Source of the DNA: a virus
Taxonomy: Duplodnaviria; Caudoviricetes
Reading direction: 5' to 3' (one strand)
IMG/VR virus record: IMGVR_UViG_3300014590_000001
Location: 64,001-128,000 of that record
Length of the DNA: 64,000 nt
Position 1 is the stretch's first letter. Each line of letters starts with the position of its first letter. Position numbers and translations under genes: made by a program. Below the pieces are notes generated by a model, which had not been told where the DNA came from, searched no databases, and was given only the letters and a program-made list of their open reading frames with translations. Of the stretch, positions 46,570-55,400 are shown one piece after another.

Positions 46570-47346
46570 TTAACAGATAGTTTGAGTCATTCGTTTTTCG
46601 GACGCGTTGATATAATCCACAACTTCTTTTTCCGGAATATGAATCAACGTAAAACCTTCAGCTTCCAGCAGATGATCAGTAATGCGATAACTGCGAGAGA
46701 AAACAATAGTGCGAATATCGCTGTTCAGGCGCAGGAAGTTCAGACAATCAGGACACGGTGAATCCGTGATATACATTGTGTCGAATCGAACATCTTCGCA
46801 CACGCACATATTTTTGATCGCGTTTACTTCAGCGTGAACAACATCCGGAGAAGACAGAGTGCAAAGATTATCTTCACACGTATTCTCGTAACCGACTGGA
46901 GTACCATTAACGCCGCTACTTAAAATAACAGGCGGTTGATTTGGAGTGCGACGAACGATCAATGCAGCACATGCGCGACGGCGAGATTTTGAAACGTTAG
47001 CCAGCATAAACGCCGCAGATAAAAACGGATAGTGTTGGATACGATCCGCAATTGGAATAGTTCCAAAGTGTCCGTTCAGTTCCAGATGAATCACACACTC
47101 GGCAAAAGTATCGTGAGCGAAAACAGGAATACCTTCAAGCTCAGGATTCAACAGGCGACCGCCACCATCAAGGCGCATAACTACAGGCATGATCATACTG
47201 CCGTTATGCTTTACCTGTTCCAAAGTATCAAACACAACGCTGTCTTGATCGTGCTGATTAGTCCAGAAATGCAGAGTGCGGATCAGACTTTTGTTTTTGA
47301 TCGTTGCCGGACGAATAACCAAAAACGCTTTAACTTTCGATTCCAT
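46570..47346 (-). CDS. dCMP deaminase with N-terminal extension
   Basis: SSGVNGTP.G..N.CE, HAEVNAI, SPCPDC. Confidence 0.85.
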   Translation of the reverse strand: MESKVKAFLVIRPATIKNKSLIRTLHFWTNQHDQDSVVFDTLEQVKHNGSMIMPVVMRLDGGGRLLNPELEGIPVFAHDTFAECVIHLELNGHFGTIPIADRIQHYPFLSAAFMLANVSKSRRRACAALIVRRTPNQPPVILSSGVNGTPVGYENTCEDNLCTLSSPDVVHAEVNAIKNMCVCEDVRFDTMYITDSPCPDCLNFLRLNSDIRTIVFSRSYRITDHLLEAEGFTLIHIPEKEVVDYINASEKRMTQTIC

Positions 47347-47665
47347 TTTCTTTCCTGTAATGAACAATGAGTGCTCGCATAACAGCGGTTGTGTGATCGG
47401 TTCCGAAACCTTCGCAACCAGATAAAGTTTTTGCACGATACGATGCAGTATGCAGACGCTCAACACTGATTTCATGAACGAGCATCAGACGCATAATGTT
47501 ATGCCCTTCGTAAACGTTCGGCATCATCGACATGAATTGAACAGTGCCGTCAGCATCGATCCATTCTTCAGTCTCTTCACCAGCGCACCAACCTTCGCGC
47601 ATAGTCCACCCACGAGCAATCAGGTATTGAGTCTGAAGTTCTTGCCGCTCGTCGCAGGTACTCAC
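47330..47665 (-). CDS. Hypothetical protein
   Basis: 111-aa ORF. Confidence 0.6.
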   Translation of the reverse strand: MSTCDERQELQTQYLIARGWTMREGWCAGEETEEWIDADGTVQFMSMMPNVYEGHNIMRLMLVHEISVERLHTASYRAKTLSGCEGFGTDHTTAVMRALIVHYRKENGIES

Positions 47666-48267
47666 CAGAAAAGAATTCGTGCAGTTGCGAAACTGAAATT
47701 CTCGCCCGGAGCCATAATGATTGGCGCACGTAATGACGGAGGCAAATCTTGTTTCAGTAATTGCGCACGAACTTTCGGAGTCACGTAATACTGATCCGCG
47801 ATGTTCACCAGAACGCCAAAGTGATTGCCGTAACGCCTTTGCGTGTTGTCGATATCTGAAACATTCCAGTACGGAGAGAACAGTTTGTTACCACCGTTTT
47901 CTTCAACTTCCAGCAGCGTGAGGCGCAGACGTTCTTCGAAACGCGAATGACCTTCAATCCATTTGCTGTAGAAGTATTCGAACGTTTGCTGAATCTCACT
48001 AAGGATCGTTTCGTAGTCACGCCCACGATTAAAGAAACTATCTGCGCGGTACGGTTTGCAGAAGTGCAGGTTGTACATCATCAGCAGATCAATATCGCTG
48101 GGGCCAATCGAACCAGTATAGAAAACTTTCTCGAAGAAGTTTTGCTTATCCAGACGCGCACCGATATAACGCATACGCAGATAGGCCAGAAAGTTTGTTT
48201 CCATTCCAGCATCAAAATGGAAGTGATCGAAATCGTCAACAGTGAGAACAGGCAGTTTCTTTTCCAT
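47662..48267 (-). CDS. Hypothetical protein
   Basis: 201-aa ORF. Confidence 0.65.
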   Translation of the reverse strand: MEKKLPVLTVDDFDHFHFDAGMETNFLAYLRMRYIGARLDKQNFFEKVFYTGSIGPSDIDLLMMYNLHFCKPYRADSFFNRGRDYETILSEIQQTFEYFYSKWIEGHSRFEERLRLTLLEVEENGGNKLFSPYWNVSDIDNTQRRYGNHFGVLVNIADQYYVTPKVRAQLLKQDLPPSLRAPIIMAPGENFSFATARILFW

Positions 48268-48289
48268 AAAGTTTTTCCTACAGACGTGA

Positions 48290-48311
48290 GAAAGGCGAGT
48301 TTCCTCGCCTT
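48290..48311 (-). terminator. Hairpin (terminator-like)
   Basis: Minus strand AAGGCGAG-GAAA-CTCGCCTT-TC. Confidence 0.6.
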
Positions 48312-48329
48312 GTATGAGTTACTTTATAT

Positions 48330-48590
48330 TTACAGTTTTTTGATTTGTACCATACGTACAATCAGACCCTGCAATTTAGCTTGTTTGGCACACGCTTCCG
48401 AAACATCTTTCCAGCCGTCTTTACCGTCCATCAGTGCGACCTGATAGCGAGTTTCGAAACTTTCAGGATTTTCAGTAGTAACCCAAACTTTTTTATCCAG
48501 AAACGCTTGAGGAAGTTCGTCCGGAATTCCAACCCAAACACCCGCGCCCATGAGAGTGGTTACGAATGGCCCAGCCACATTTTGAGTCAT
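48330..48590 (-). CDS. Hypothetical protein
   Basis: GAGGA RBS before MTQNV. Confidence 0.55.
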   Translation of the reverse strand: MTQNVAGPFVTTLMGAGVWVGIPDELPQAFLDKKVWVTTENPESFETRYQVALMDGKDGWKDVSEACAKQAKLQGLIVRMVQIKKL

Positions 48591-48600
48591 GAAACTTTCC

Positions 48601-48795
48601 TCAGATAATACAGCCGCCACCTTCGCAGTTGTTGGAAGGTTCGAACGCCTCACCGCCGCCGTCACGTTTCGCTTCAATCGCAGCTTCATCGATCTCTAAC
48701 GAATCGAAAAAGTTTTGCTCGTCGAATGGATCGGATGGATTATTGTTTTTAGGGAAAGCGCTTCCCTGCGCAAGAATATCGTCAACCTTACTCAT
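48601..48795 (-). CDS. Acidic peptide ending in an NrdA-like C-x4-C tail
   Basis: AAGGA RBS; C-terminus NNCEGGGCII. Confidence 0.6.
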   Translation of the reverse strand: MSKVDDILAQGSAFPKNNNPSDPFDEQNFFDSLEIDEAAIEAKRDGGGEAFEPSNNCEGGGCII

Positions 48796-49522
48796 TGTCA
48801 TTCCTTACAGCACGTAAATGATTTGCCGCAGTATTTGTACGCGACGGTTTGCCTAACAAATAAATCGAACCTGCGCCCGTCATAACAACTACACCGCCAT
48901 CTTCAGCAAGTGCAGCAGGATAGCGATAGATGATCGGTGCGTCATTGAAACGCGTAATCATACTACCTACCATCGTACCGTTTTCTTCGCGAAGATATTT
49001 TTCGGTATATTCGAACGCAGTTTGCAGAAGCGGATGAAGATTTGGCATCCCAGGAAATGCGAGACAACGAGATTGCAGTTCTTCGTCGTACTCTTCTTTC
49101 ACCAAAACTTCTGCGCAGTACATGGCGATATTAGTATCAACCAAACGGCGAGCGCATTGAATCAAAACAATTTCTTCGTGAAGATTCACACCAAACTCAA
49201 ACGCCTCAACAATCTGTTCTTTCGTGAGAATGTCTTTGTATCGGTGAAAAACTTCTGTCAGAAGATCCATGCTCAGTCCGGCGATAACAATATTCACCAG
49301 ATGATTTGAAGAAGGAATGCCTACGTGATACGTGCGCCAAACATCATTGAGCAGATCGAGATCTTCGTCTTTGAGCAGCAGAGCATTGCGAACAGCCTTA
49401 CCCTGAATGTCCAGAAACATCGGACTAGCGCCAGTGCGAACTTGTTCACCTTCCCATTTCGCATACGCTTCGAATCTTCCCAAACTTTTGGCAGAGATAG
49501 CACTGAAGTTTTCCATAATCAC
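48788..49522 (-). CDS. Hypothetical protein
   Basis: 244-aa ORF. Confidence 0.65.
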   Translation of the reverse strand: MIMENFSAISAKSLGRFEAYAKWEGEQVRTGASPMFLDIQGKAVRNALLLKDEDLDLLNDVWRTYHVGIPSSNHLVNIVIAGLSMDLLTEVFHRYKDILTKEQIVEAFEFGVNLHEEIVLIQCARRLVDTNIAMYCAEVLVKEEYDEELQSRCLAFPGMPNLHPLLQTAFEYTEKYLREENGTMVGSMITRFNDAPIIYRYPAALAEDGGVVVMTGAGSIYLLGKPSRTNTAANHLRAVRNDNE

Positions 49523-49523
49523 C

Positions 49524-49667
49524 TTACTTGATAAAAACGTTTACTGCGAGATTGGTCAGCAGAAGCGCATTGACCGCCAAACTTACATAAACAATTCCAC
49601 GCAACGTAATGCTACGCTGAACAGTTTCAATGAAGTCTTTGTCGCAATGCTTGATGAAACTAATCAT
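49524..49667 (-). CDS. Small hydrophobic protein (not in the ORF track)
   Basis: GGAG RBS; 47 aa, MISFIKHCDK...VNVFIK*. Confidence 0.45.
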   Translation of the reverse strand: MISFIKHCDKDFIETVQRSITLRGIVYVSLAVNALLLTNLAVNVFIK

Positions 49668-49678
49668 GCTTTACTCCA

Positions 49679-50527
49679 CTAATAGTTAGTCACGATGATT
49701 TCTTTCGTACCGTGAGAATCGCGATGGGAATTAGCCAAACAGTAATGCTTGTCTATCTTATGAACCTTTACATCTTTTTTGTTTTTCTTCAGCCAGCTAA
49801 TCAGCAACTGGTTTTTGAAGTGGCGATGTTCGGTTACGTTGCTCAACATCCAACGCACATTGCGCTTAGTAAGGCCAGCCAGATTATTCAGCAAACGCTG
49901 TTCATCTTCTTCGCCGTACTTCGCATAAGTGTTAGCGCCGGAAGCCAGATAAGGTGGATCGAAATAGAAGAACGTTTTCTTATCCAGTTGTTTTCGATTG
50001 TGGAGTTCGTGAATCACTTCGGTATAACTTCCGCAGTGGAATTGCACGTTGTCCATCAGTTCGAAAAACTTCGTGAGTTCAGCTTCAACTTCATCGAAAC
50101 GATTCAGTAATCCACGATCACCAAACGGGGTATTGAAATGACCGTCAAGATTAAAGCGAAGAAGATTGCTATAAGCATGACGCTGAAGAATATAAAACAG
50201 AAGCGGATCATTTTTCGCATTCGCATACTTTTTAAAATCCTCAAACTGTTTTGCATTGCTGTTAGTCAGCGCCCATTTCGTTACCGTGCTTTTAATACGG
50301 CGCATCAGTTTCTTCGGATCGTTTTGTGCAAGGTGCTTAACGATTTCGAATACCTGTTCGTGACGCTCGATATACAGGCGCGATTTGAACGGCATGTTTG
50401 CAACCACAACAGCACTGCCGCCAAACGCGTCAATCATTCGTGTGCAGCCAGTAGGAAGCAAACTTTGAATAACAGGAAGTAACTCTCGTTTGTTTCCTTG
50501 AAACTTAATTGGACTCGCGTGAATCAT
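49679..50527 (-). CDS. dam: DNA adenine methyltransferase (Dam/D12 class)
   Basis: PIKFQGNK, DAFGGS, RFN..G.FNTPFG, FDPPY, WMLSN, EIIVTNY. Confidence 0.9.
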   Translation of the reverse strand: MIHASPIKFQGNKRELLPVIQSLLPTGCTRMIDAFGGSAVVVANMPFKSRLYIERHEQVFEIVKHLAQNDPKKLMRRIKSTVTKWALTNSNAKQFEDFKKYANAKNDPLLFYILQRHAYSNLLRFNLDGHFNTPFGDRGLLNRFDEVEAELTKFFELMDNVQFHCGSYTEVIHELHNRKQLDKKTFFYFDPPYLASGANTYAKYGEEDEQRLLNNLAGLTKRNVRWMLSNVTEHRHFKNQLLISWLKKNKKDVKVHKIDKHYCLANSHRDSHGTKEIIVTNY

Positions 50528-50535
50528 ACGTTTTC

Positions 50536-50841
50536 CTAACTGAAATAAATACGACAGCCGCAGTTCGGGCACTCAGGTTCCTTTACGCGTAACCGTTTTG
50601 TTTTTGTAAGCGGCGCAGAATAAATATCGTAAGCAGACAGGCAGCGATAACACAAAACAATCTTTGGAACCACTGTCTGAATTTTAATGAACTTCACAGG
50701 AAGAGGAACAATGACATGCAGGTTAAGAATATTGTTTTCAATATCCTCTACCGTGTTGTTGGTTTCATCGCAAATAACTTTCGGTTTTCCACCGTAAGCA
50801 GTCTCTACATTTGCAAGAAATTCTTTTTGTTGTGGATTCAT
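50536..50841 (-). CDS. Zn-ribbon protein
   Basis: CYRC and CPNC motifs; start MNPQQK. Confidence 0.6.
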   Translation of the reverse strand: MNPQQKEFLANVETAYGGKPKVICDETNNTVEDIENNILNLHVIVPLPVKFIKIQTVVPKIVLCYRCLSAYDIYSAPLTKTKRLRVKEPECPNCGCRIYFS

Positions 50842-50845
50842 TCTG

Positions 50846-51356
50846 TCACCTGAATTTATTGACCAACTCACGCAATTCGTCTTGAGACAATTCATCAAGA
50901 TCCTTTGACGTGCATCCGTATCGAAAAGTATTTGCGAATTCTTCACCAGCTTTATCGTCATCGCCTACGCAAACAAAACGCAGATTGAGAGCGGTTAATT
51001 GTTGTCGAAGTTGTTCGCTAACATCGCTACCGAGAACAGACCACGCATTAGCGCCAACACTATGCAACGCACATGCTTTGAAAACTGATTCAGTTAAGAA
51101 TACGGTCGTCCCGTTTAGGTATAATTTCCGTTCCCCACACCAACTGTTTGCCACCAAACACGCGAGTGAAATAGCGGCACTCTTTCGGGTTACGATCTTT
51201 CTTTGGTGCGTCCGGAGTGTATACCTGAACGCCTCGCATAGCGCGGTCAAAACTAAATAGAGGAACAGTCATCTGGTTCGGTGAAAGCCACGCGAAATGC
51301 TTCTCTGGATTCCAGTGCCTGTTTGTTAGATGCTGCAACAGCGTTGTTTCTTTCAT
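50846..51356 (-). pseudogene. TOPRIM primase-like gene split by a 1-nt frameshift
   Basis: The N-half (51090..51356) contains LVWGTE. The +1 frame continues LYLNGTTVFLTESVF...GDDDKAG...KDL (TOPRIM E and DxD). Confidence 0.7.
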
Positions 51357-51573
51357 AAAACTTTCCTTCTGAATATTCAGAGAATTGCTTTACGAACAAT
51401 GATTCCGAAAGTACCCAAGTTTTAAACGCAGGGTAATCTTTCGTTGCCTCCAGATTCTCGTAAACGATCATCGACAGAGAACAATCTTGTCCGTGTGAAG
51501 CAATCTCTTTAACACGAAACGGAATTCCACTAGGGGAACAATAAACAAAATTCTCTATAATGTCGCTAATCAT
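51253..51573 (-). CDS. DUF1653-like protein
   Basis: GAGG RBS before MISDII; IASH......MIVYENL.......WV.S...F. Confidence 0.55.
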   Translation of the reverse strand: MISDIIENFVYCSPSGIPFRVKEIASHGQDCSLSMIVYENLEATKDYPAFKTWVLSESLFVKQFSEYSEGKFYERNNAVAASNKQALESREAFRVAFTEPDDCSSI

Positions 51574-51584
51574 ATTTCCTCTAT

Positions 51585-51613
51585 AAAAAGGGCAGATAAG
51601 TATCCACCCTTTT
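51585..51613. terminator. Hairpin terminator
   Basis: Minus strand AAAAGGGTGGATA-CT-TATCTGCCCTTTTT. Confidence 0.7.
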
Positions 51614-51625
51614 AAAATAGTATTA

Positions 51626-52267
51626 TCAAACTTCAGCCGCGTCGATACCGTTGAAGCGAGGACGATACTCACCTTTAGGAGTTCGATTACGCTTTGGTTT
51701 CTTTTCGGCTTCACGATCCTCTTCGGACGGTGCGCGGAATACAGGCTTGTCGTTAAAGACCAGACAGATTGAGGCAGCGTTATCTGCAAGCAGAATGCGC
51801 AGTCCTTCAATGTCGCCATTGCTTACGTGTTCACGAATTTCTTTTCGTAAAGCACACACGCCAGATTGCGCGTTGTTCATAAGATCGCGTACAGAGAAGT
51901 AGCTTGTGTTTGAGCGGATGATAGAATACTCACCACGATCCAAAACAGCTATGCGTTTCATTTGCAGAAGTTTCAGCGCCCACTCTACGCCGTGCGTATG
52001 AATAGCACATGCGATATAGAACGGTGAAATGTGAGTAAGGAAACCGATCTCAATTGCGTTAAGAGAGCGGAAACCGAATCGCCCAACTTGAGTCCAGCAG
52101 AATTCAAAAAATTGCTTTGTGAAGGAATCCAATTCTTCTTTCGAGTGAGAGAGAATTCTTGTCTTACCATGAGACAGAACTTCCGCAATGAGTTCGTCAG
52201 TAGGACGACGCACATCAGAAAGATCCATACCAAAAATAAGAGATTCGATTTGGTTTTTATTGAACAT
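51626..52267 (-). CDS. Hypothetical protein
   Basis: 213-aa ORF. Confidence 0.65.
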   Translation of the reverse strand: MFNKNQIESLIFGMDLSDVRRPTDELIAEVLSHGKTRILSHSKEELDSFTKQFFEFCWTQVGRFGFRSLNAIEIGFLTHISPFYIACAIHTHGVEWALKLLQMKRIAVLDRGEYSIIRSNTSYFSVRDLMNNAQSGVCALRKEIREHVSNGDIEGLRILLADNAASICLVFNDKPVFRAPSEEDREAEKKPKRNRTPKGEYRPRFNGIDAAEV

Positions 52268-52271
52268 AGGT

Positions 52272-52574
52272 TTATTCCATCACCGCGAGGTATGAACCGC
52301 GATGGAAAGAGACTGATTTCATTCCGAGCGTAACGCGCCGTATAGAGGCGGCACACTCAGGAGCCAGATTACGGAAAGAACAAAAGTATTCAACGCGATA
52401 AGTTCCTTCAGACGTTTGAGCAATTAAGCAGACGTTCTTTTGCAACTCTTCGATTGCTATTGTGTCGGCAAGTTCGACAGTAATATAACCGTCGTTCGTA
52501 TCCCACACAATGTTTTCAATTGCATCATCGAGAACAGTTTCACCTATCGCGATTAGTTCGATAGTTCTAATCAT
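52272..52574 (-). CDS. Hypothetical protein
   Basis: 100-aa ORF with ATGA coupling. Confidence 0.6.
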   Translation of the reverse strand: MIRTIELIAIGETVLDDAIENIVWDTNDGYITVELADTIAIEELQKNVCLIAQTSEGTYRVEYFCSFRNLAPECAASIRRVTLGMKSVSFHRGSYLAVME

Positions 52575-53155
52575 TGGGTGCCTCGCACGAAATTCGTGTC
52601 GTAGTCCGGAGGCAAGTAAGCCAGAATATTAATGCGATGTTTTTCACACACGGCATCCAAAACATTCTGTACACACTGCCACTCAACACCGCCGAGGCCG
52701 CCATAGAAACGTTGCACCGCAATCTGTCTATCCGGATCAATCTTCATGCGACGAAGAGTTTTGATCAGATGATCGAAAGAAGCACTAAGGAATTTTTCAC
52801 TGAAACGATTTACAGGTTCCGAACTTTGGTTGTCTCCAGATCGACCTAAACCGTAACCAGACGAAATATACATGTTAGCAATAAGTAACTGTCCATGCGA
52901 GCGTTTCCAAATTTTCGAAACGGACGAGGTGCCAAGTAATTCCGGATCTGGTTTTACTTTATTCATTTCTTCGGCAAGTGACGGGAACAAGGCTTTCAGT
53001 CGTCGTTGAATGGGGCTGTTATATGAAGCGCGAGCGTTGCATTCAATTGCGAGAACTTTAAACTTCCCACCGAGGAAATCTTGAATAAGCGGTTTATCAT
53101 GAATCTGAATTACACGAAAGTCTTTCGGTGTGTAGCCAATTGCAGATAAATCCAT
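52571..53155 (-). CDS. Macrodomain-like protein
   Basis: CN.......I...LK..FP, LG.S, IANMY...GYG, IA....GGLGGVEW..V. Confidence 0.6.
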   Translation of the reverse strand: MDLSAIGYTPKDFRVIQIHDKPLIQDFLGGKFKVLAIECNARASYNSPIQRRLKALFPSLAEEMNKVKPDPELLGTSSVSKIWKRSHGQLLIANMYISSGYGLGRSGDNQSSEPVNRFSEKFLSASFDHLIKTLRRMKIDPDRQIAVQRFYGGLGGVEWQCVQNVLDAVCEKHRINILAYLPPDYDTNFVRGTQ

Positions 53156-53170
53156 AGTAAGTTTCCAAAA

Positions 53171-54208
53171 CTAGATATCAAAAATTCGTTTGAACTTGAG
53201 GCGTTTCTTTATGTCTTTGATTGCTTTCATATCCGGTTCCTTTGGAGTAAAGGCCGAAAGTGTTTTAGGCAACGTCGGAACATTCAGATCAATCGTGACA
53301 AGTTCTTTCTGCAAGTCCATATCCATAATCGGATATTGACCGACCAACGCTTTCTTCCATCGAGCATTGGATTTAATTTTCGGCGCAGCGGCAATTAGCT
53401 TTTCAAGACTGCCATACTCATTCAGCAGTTTTAACGCCGTGCCATCACTTACCCCAGGCAGCCCAGGAACGTTGTCGGCAGTATCGCCGCACATCGCAAG
53501 GAAATCAGGAATAAGATGAACAGGCACACCGAAATGTTCATGCACGTTTTTATGCGTGTATCGTTTTTCCGGTGCGTTTGCTTGCGCAGCCATAATAACG
53601 CGAATCAATTTGTTCACGACGAGTTGCAGAATATCTTTATCACGCGTGTAGATATCGACAAAATTCTTTACGCCGAAACGATACGCGAGAGTTCCGATAA
53701 TATCATCAGCCTCGTAAGGAGATTTACGTCGCGCCCATAGACCATACGCCTCTAAGATTTCCTGCGCCAAATCCATTTGAATTGGCAGGTCAGCAGTCTT
53801 AGTGCGGTCACGGTTCCCTTTATATGCACTGCTTTTCTGAAAGACACTTTTAATTACGTCCGGCGTTTGTTCGGCATTCCAGTTTTGGATTGCGCGATAG
53901 CGCCACGTACTGTTAGAGCGACCGTCAAAACAAAAAGCAGCGTAAGCACCTTTTGGATCTTTCTTTATTTGCGTCAGCATAGCTTCAATCATATTCATGA
54001 AGATATAAACTGCGCCCGTAGGAGTTCCGTCCGGTGCGGTTAATTTCCGTGGCTGATTCTGCGAAACAAAATAGGCGCGGCATAACCAATTGCTTGCATC
54101 GAAAACATGCAGCGTTGGTTTGTTCCTGAATTCAACAACAGGAGCAGCTACCGATCCTTTTTGTTTGGGAGCGCTATCTTCAGAAACGGAGTTGAACGAT
54201 CTACTCAC
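53171..54208 (-). CDS. 5'-3' exonuclease / flap endonuclease (PolI N-terminal type)
   Basis: D.SN...RAYF, YKGNR, YEADDIIGTL, DKD..QLV, GDTADNVPG.PGV...TA.KLL..YGSLE. Confidence 0.92.
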   Translation of the reverse strand: MSRSFNSVSEDSAPKQKGSVAAPVVEFRNKPTLHVFDASNWLCRAYFVSQNQPRKLTAPDGTPTGAVYIFMNMIEAMLTQIKKDPKGAYAAFCFDGRSNSTWRYRAIQNWNAEQTPDVIKSVFQKSSAYKGNRDRTKTADLPIQMDLAQEILEAYGLWARRKSPYEADDIIGTLAYRFGVKNFVDIYTRDKDILQLVVNKLIRVIMAAQANAPEKRYTHKNVHEHFGVPVHLIPDFLAMCGDTADNVPGLPGVSDGTALKLLNEYGSLEKLIAAAPKIKSNARWKKALVGQYPIMDMDLQKELVTIDLNVPTLPKTLSAFTPKEPDMKAIKDIKKRLKFKRIFDI

Positions 54209-54666
54209 TGTTCCTCCATAACAACTAAAGATTCTTCGAACCTGTCTCCGCGTTCTTTTAGTGCTTTATGAAAGTTCAGGCCGCCTACGTACAAATCAAT
54301 TACAGAGCCGTGAGACTGCGACAATTCATGAAGACAAGACACGCCACGATAAAACAATGGCGACAAAGGTTCGAATGGTGCCTTGCGAACGAATAAATGG
54401 AATATGCGCCCACTAGCGATAAGATCGTTTGGTAATTCGATTGAGAAATTTATACAGCGAAATTTCTTTCGGAAAAGCATAGGGAAGTATTTTGCGAGAG
54501 GCGTCTTTTCGCTTGAAACAGTTACTATTTGGCAAGCGTCCGGAGCTACATTGAGAAGCAGTTTCAGCATTCCCTTTTTATCGAGATCTACTAAAGCTGA
54601 GTCGAAAGGTGGTAGTCTTTCCGGCACACTGTAACAGAGTCGATGCCTTTCACTATTGGAATTCAT
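54205..54666 (-). CDS. Hypothetical protein
   Basis: GGAGG RBS, 153 aa. Confidence 0.6.
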   Translation of the reverse strand: MNSNSERHRLCYSVPERLPPFDSALVDLDKKGMLKLLLNVAPDACQIVTVSSEKTPLAKYFPMLFRKKFRCINFSIELPNDLIASGRIFHLFVRKAPFEPLSPLFYRGVSCLHELSQSHGSVIDLYVGGLNFHKALKERGDRFEESLVVMEEQ

Positions 54667-54681
54667 TTAGAATTTCCTCCG

Positions 54682-54707
54682 AAAGAATTGGGGCAGTTAC
54701 GCCCCAA
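54682..54707 (-). terminator. Hairpin terminator
   Basis: Minus strand TTGGGGC-GTAACT-GCCCCAA-TTCTTT. Confidence 0.65.
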
Positions 54708-54712
54708 CCTTT

Positions 54713-55087
54713 TTATTCGAAATCGTCTTCGCTTAATTCTTCGTCGTCTTCATCCTCGTCATCAAAATCGCCTAACGATGCCTGAACAACTGCCAGATCA
54801 CCGACGACAATAACACTGGTAACGATGAAACATTCAGCCAGAGGGAAGTTATTATCTTCCAGCAGAGTGATAGCATCAGCGTAAACCAGATCAACTTCTT
54901 CTTCGTTCTTCGCGTCTTTAACGGTCAGACCGGAAGCAGAATCAGATTCGAATTTTTCATTCAGAATTTGTTCCGCTTGTGTAGCACCTTCAACCAGCGA
55001 TGGAACATCGTCATCCGAAGGGATAACAACGAAAACAAAACCGGAAGTTTTGGCAGCCACAACACGATGCGGGAATAAATCACTCAC
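54713..55087 (-). CDS. Acidic hypothetical protein
   Basis: AGGAG RBS with GTG start; D/E-rich tail. Confidence 0.65.
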   Translation of the reverse strand: MSDLFPHRVVAAKTSGFVFVVIPSDDDVPSLVEGATQAEQILNEKFESDSASGLTVKDAKNEEEVDLVYADAITLLEDNNFPLAECFIVTSVIVVGDLAVVQASLGDFDDEDEDDEELSEDDFE

Positions 55088-55400
55088 TTGCTTTCTCCTT
55101 ATAGAAATATTTAGGTGCAGCGCAAATGTTTTCTACGTCTACACCTTCACTATTTACACTATTTCGAATCTGTACCATCAGACCAAATGCCCACGCCATA
55201 ACATCAATAGGCGAAGTCAGATCGTCAATGATTTCCAGATGCGAGTCTGTATCGTCGATTGTCCCGAATACCAAACAACATGCAAGCGTTGTACGTTCGG
55301 CATTAACGGAGACTGCCAGCCCATAGTTCGTAAAGACCGGATGTTGATAACAGACTCGCGTTTCAGTTCCGAGGATTTTACCTTCGAAAGTGAACTTCAT
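55080..55400 (-). CDS. Hypothetical protein
   Basis: TAATG coupling to the portal-like gene. Confidence 0.6.
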   Translation of the reverse strand: MKFTFEGKILGTETRVCYQHPVFTNYGLAVSVNAERTTLACCLVFGTIDDTDSHLEIIDDLTSPIDVMAWAFGLMVQIRNSVNSEGVDVENICAAPKYFYKEKASE

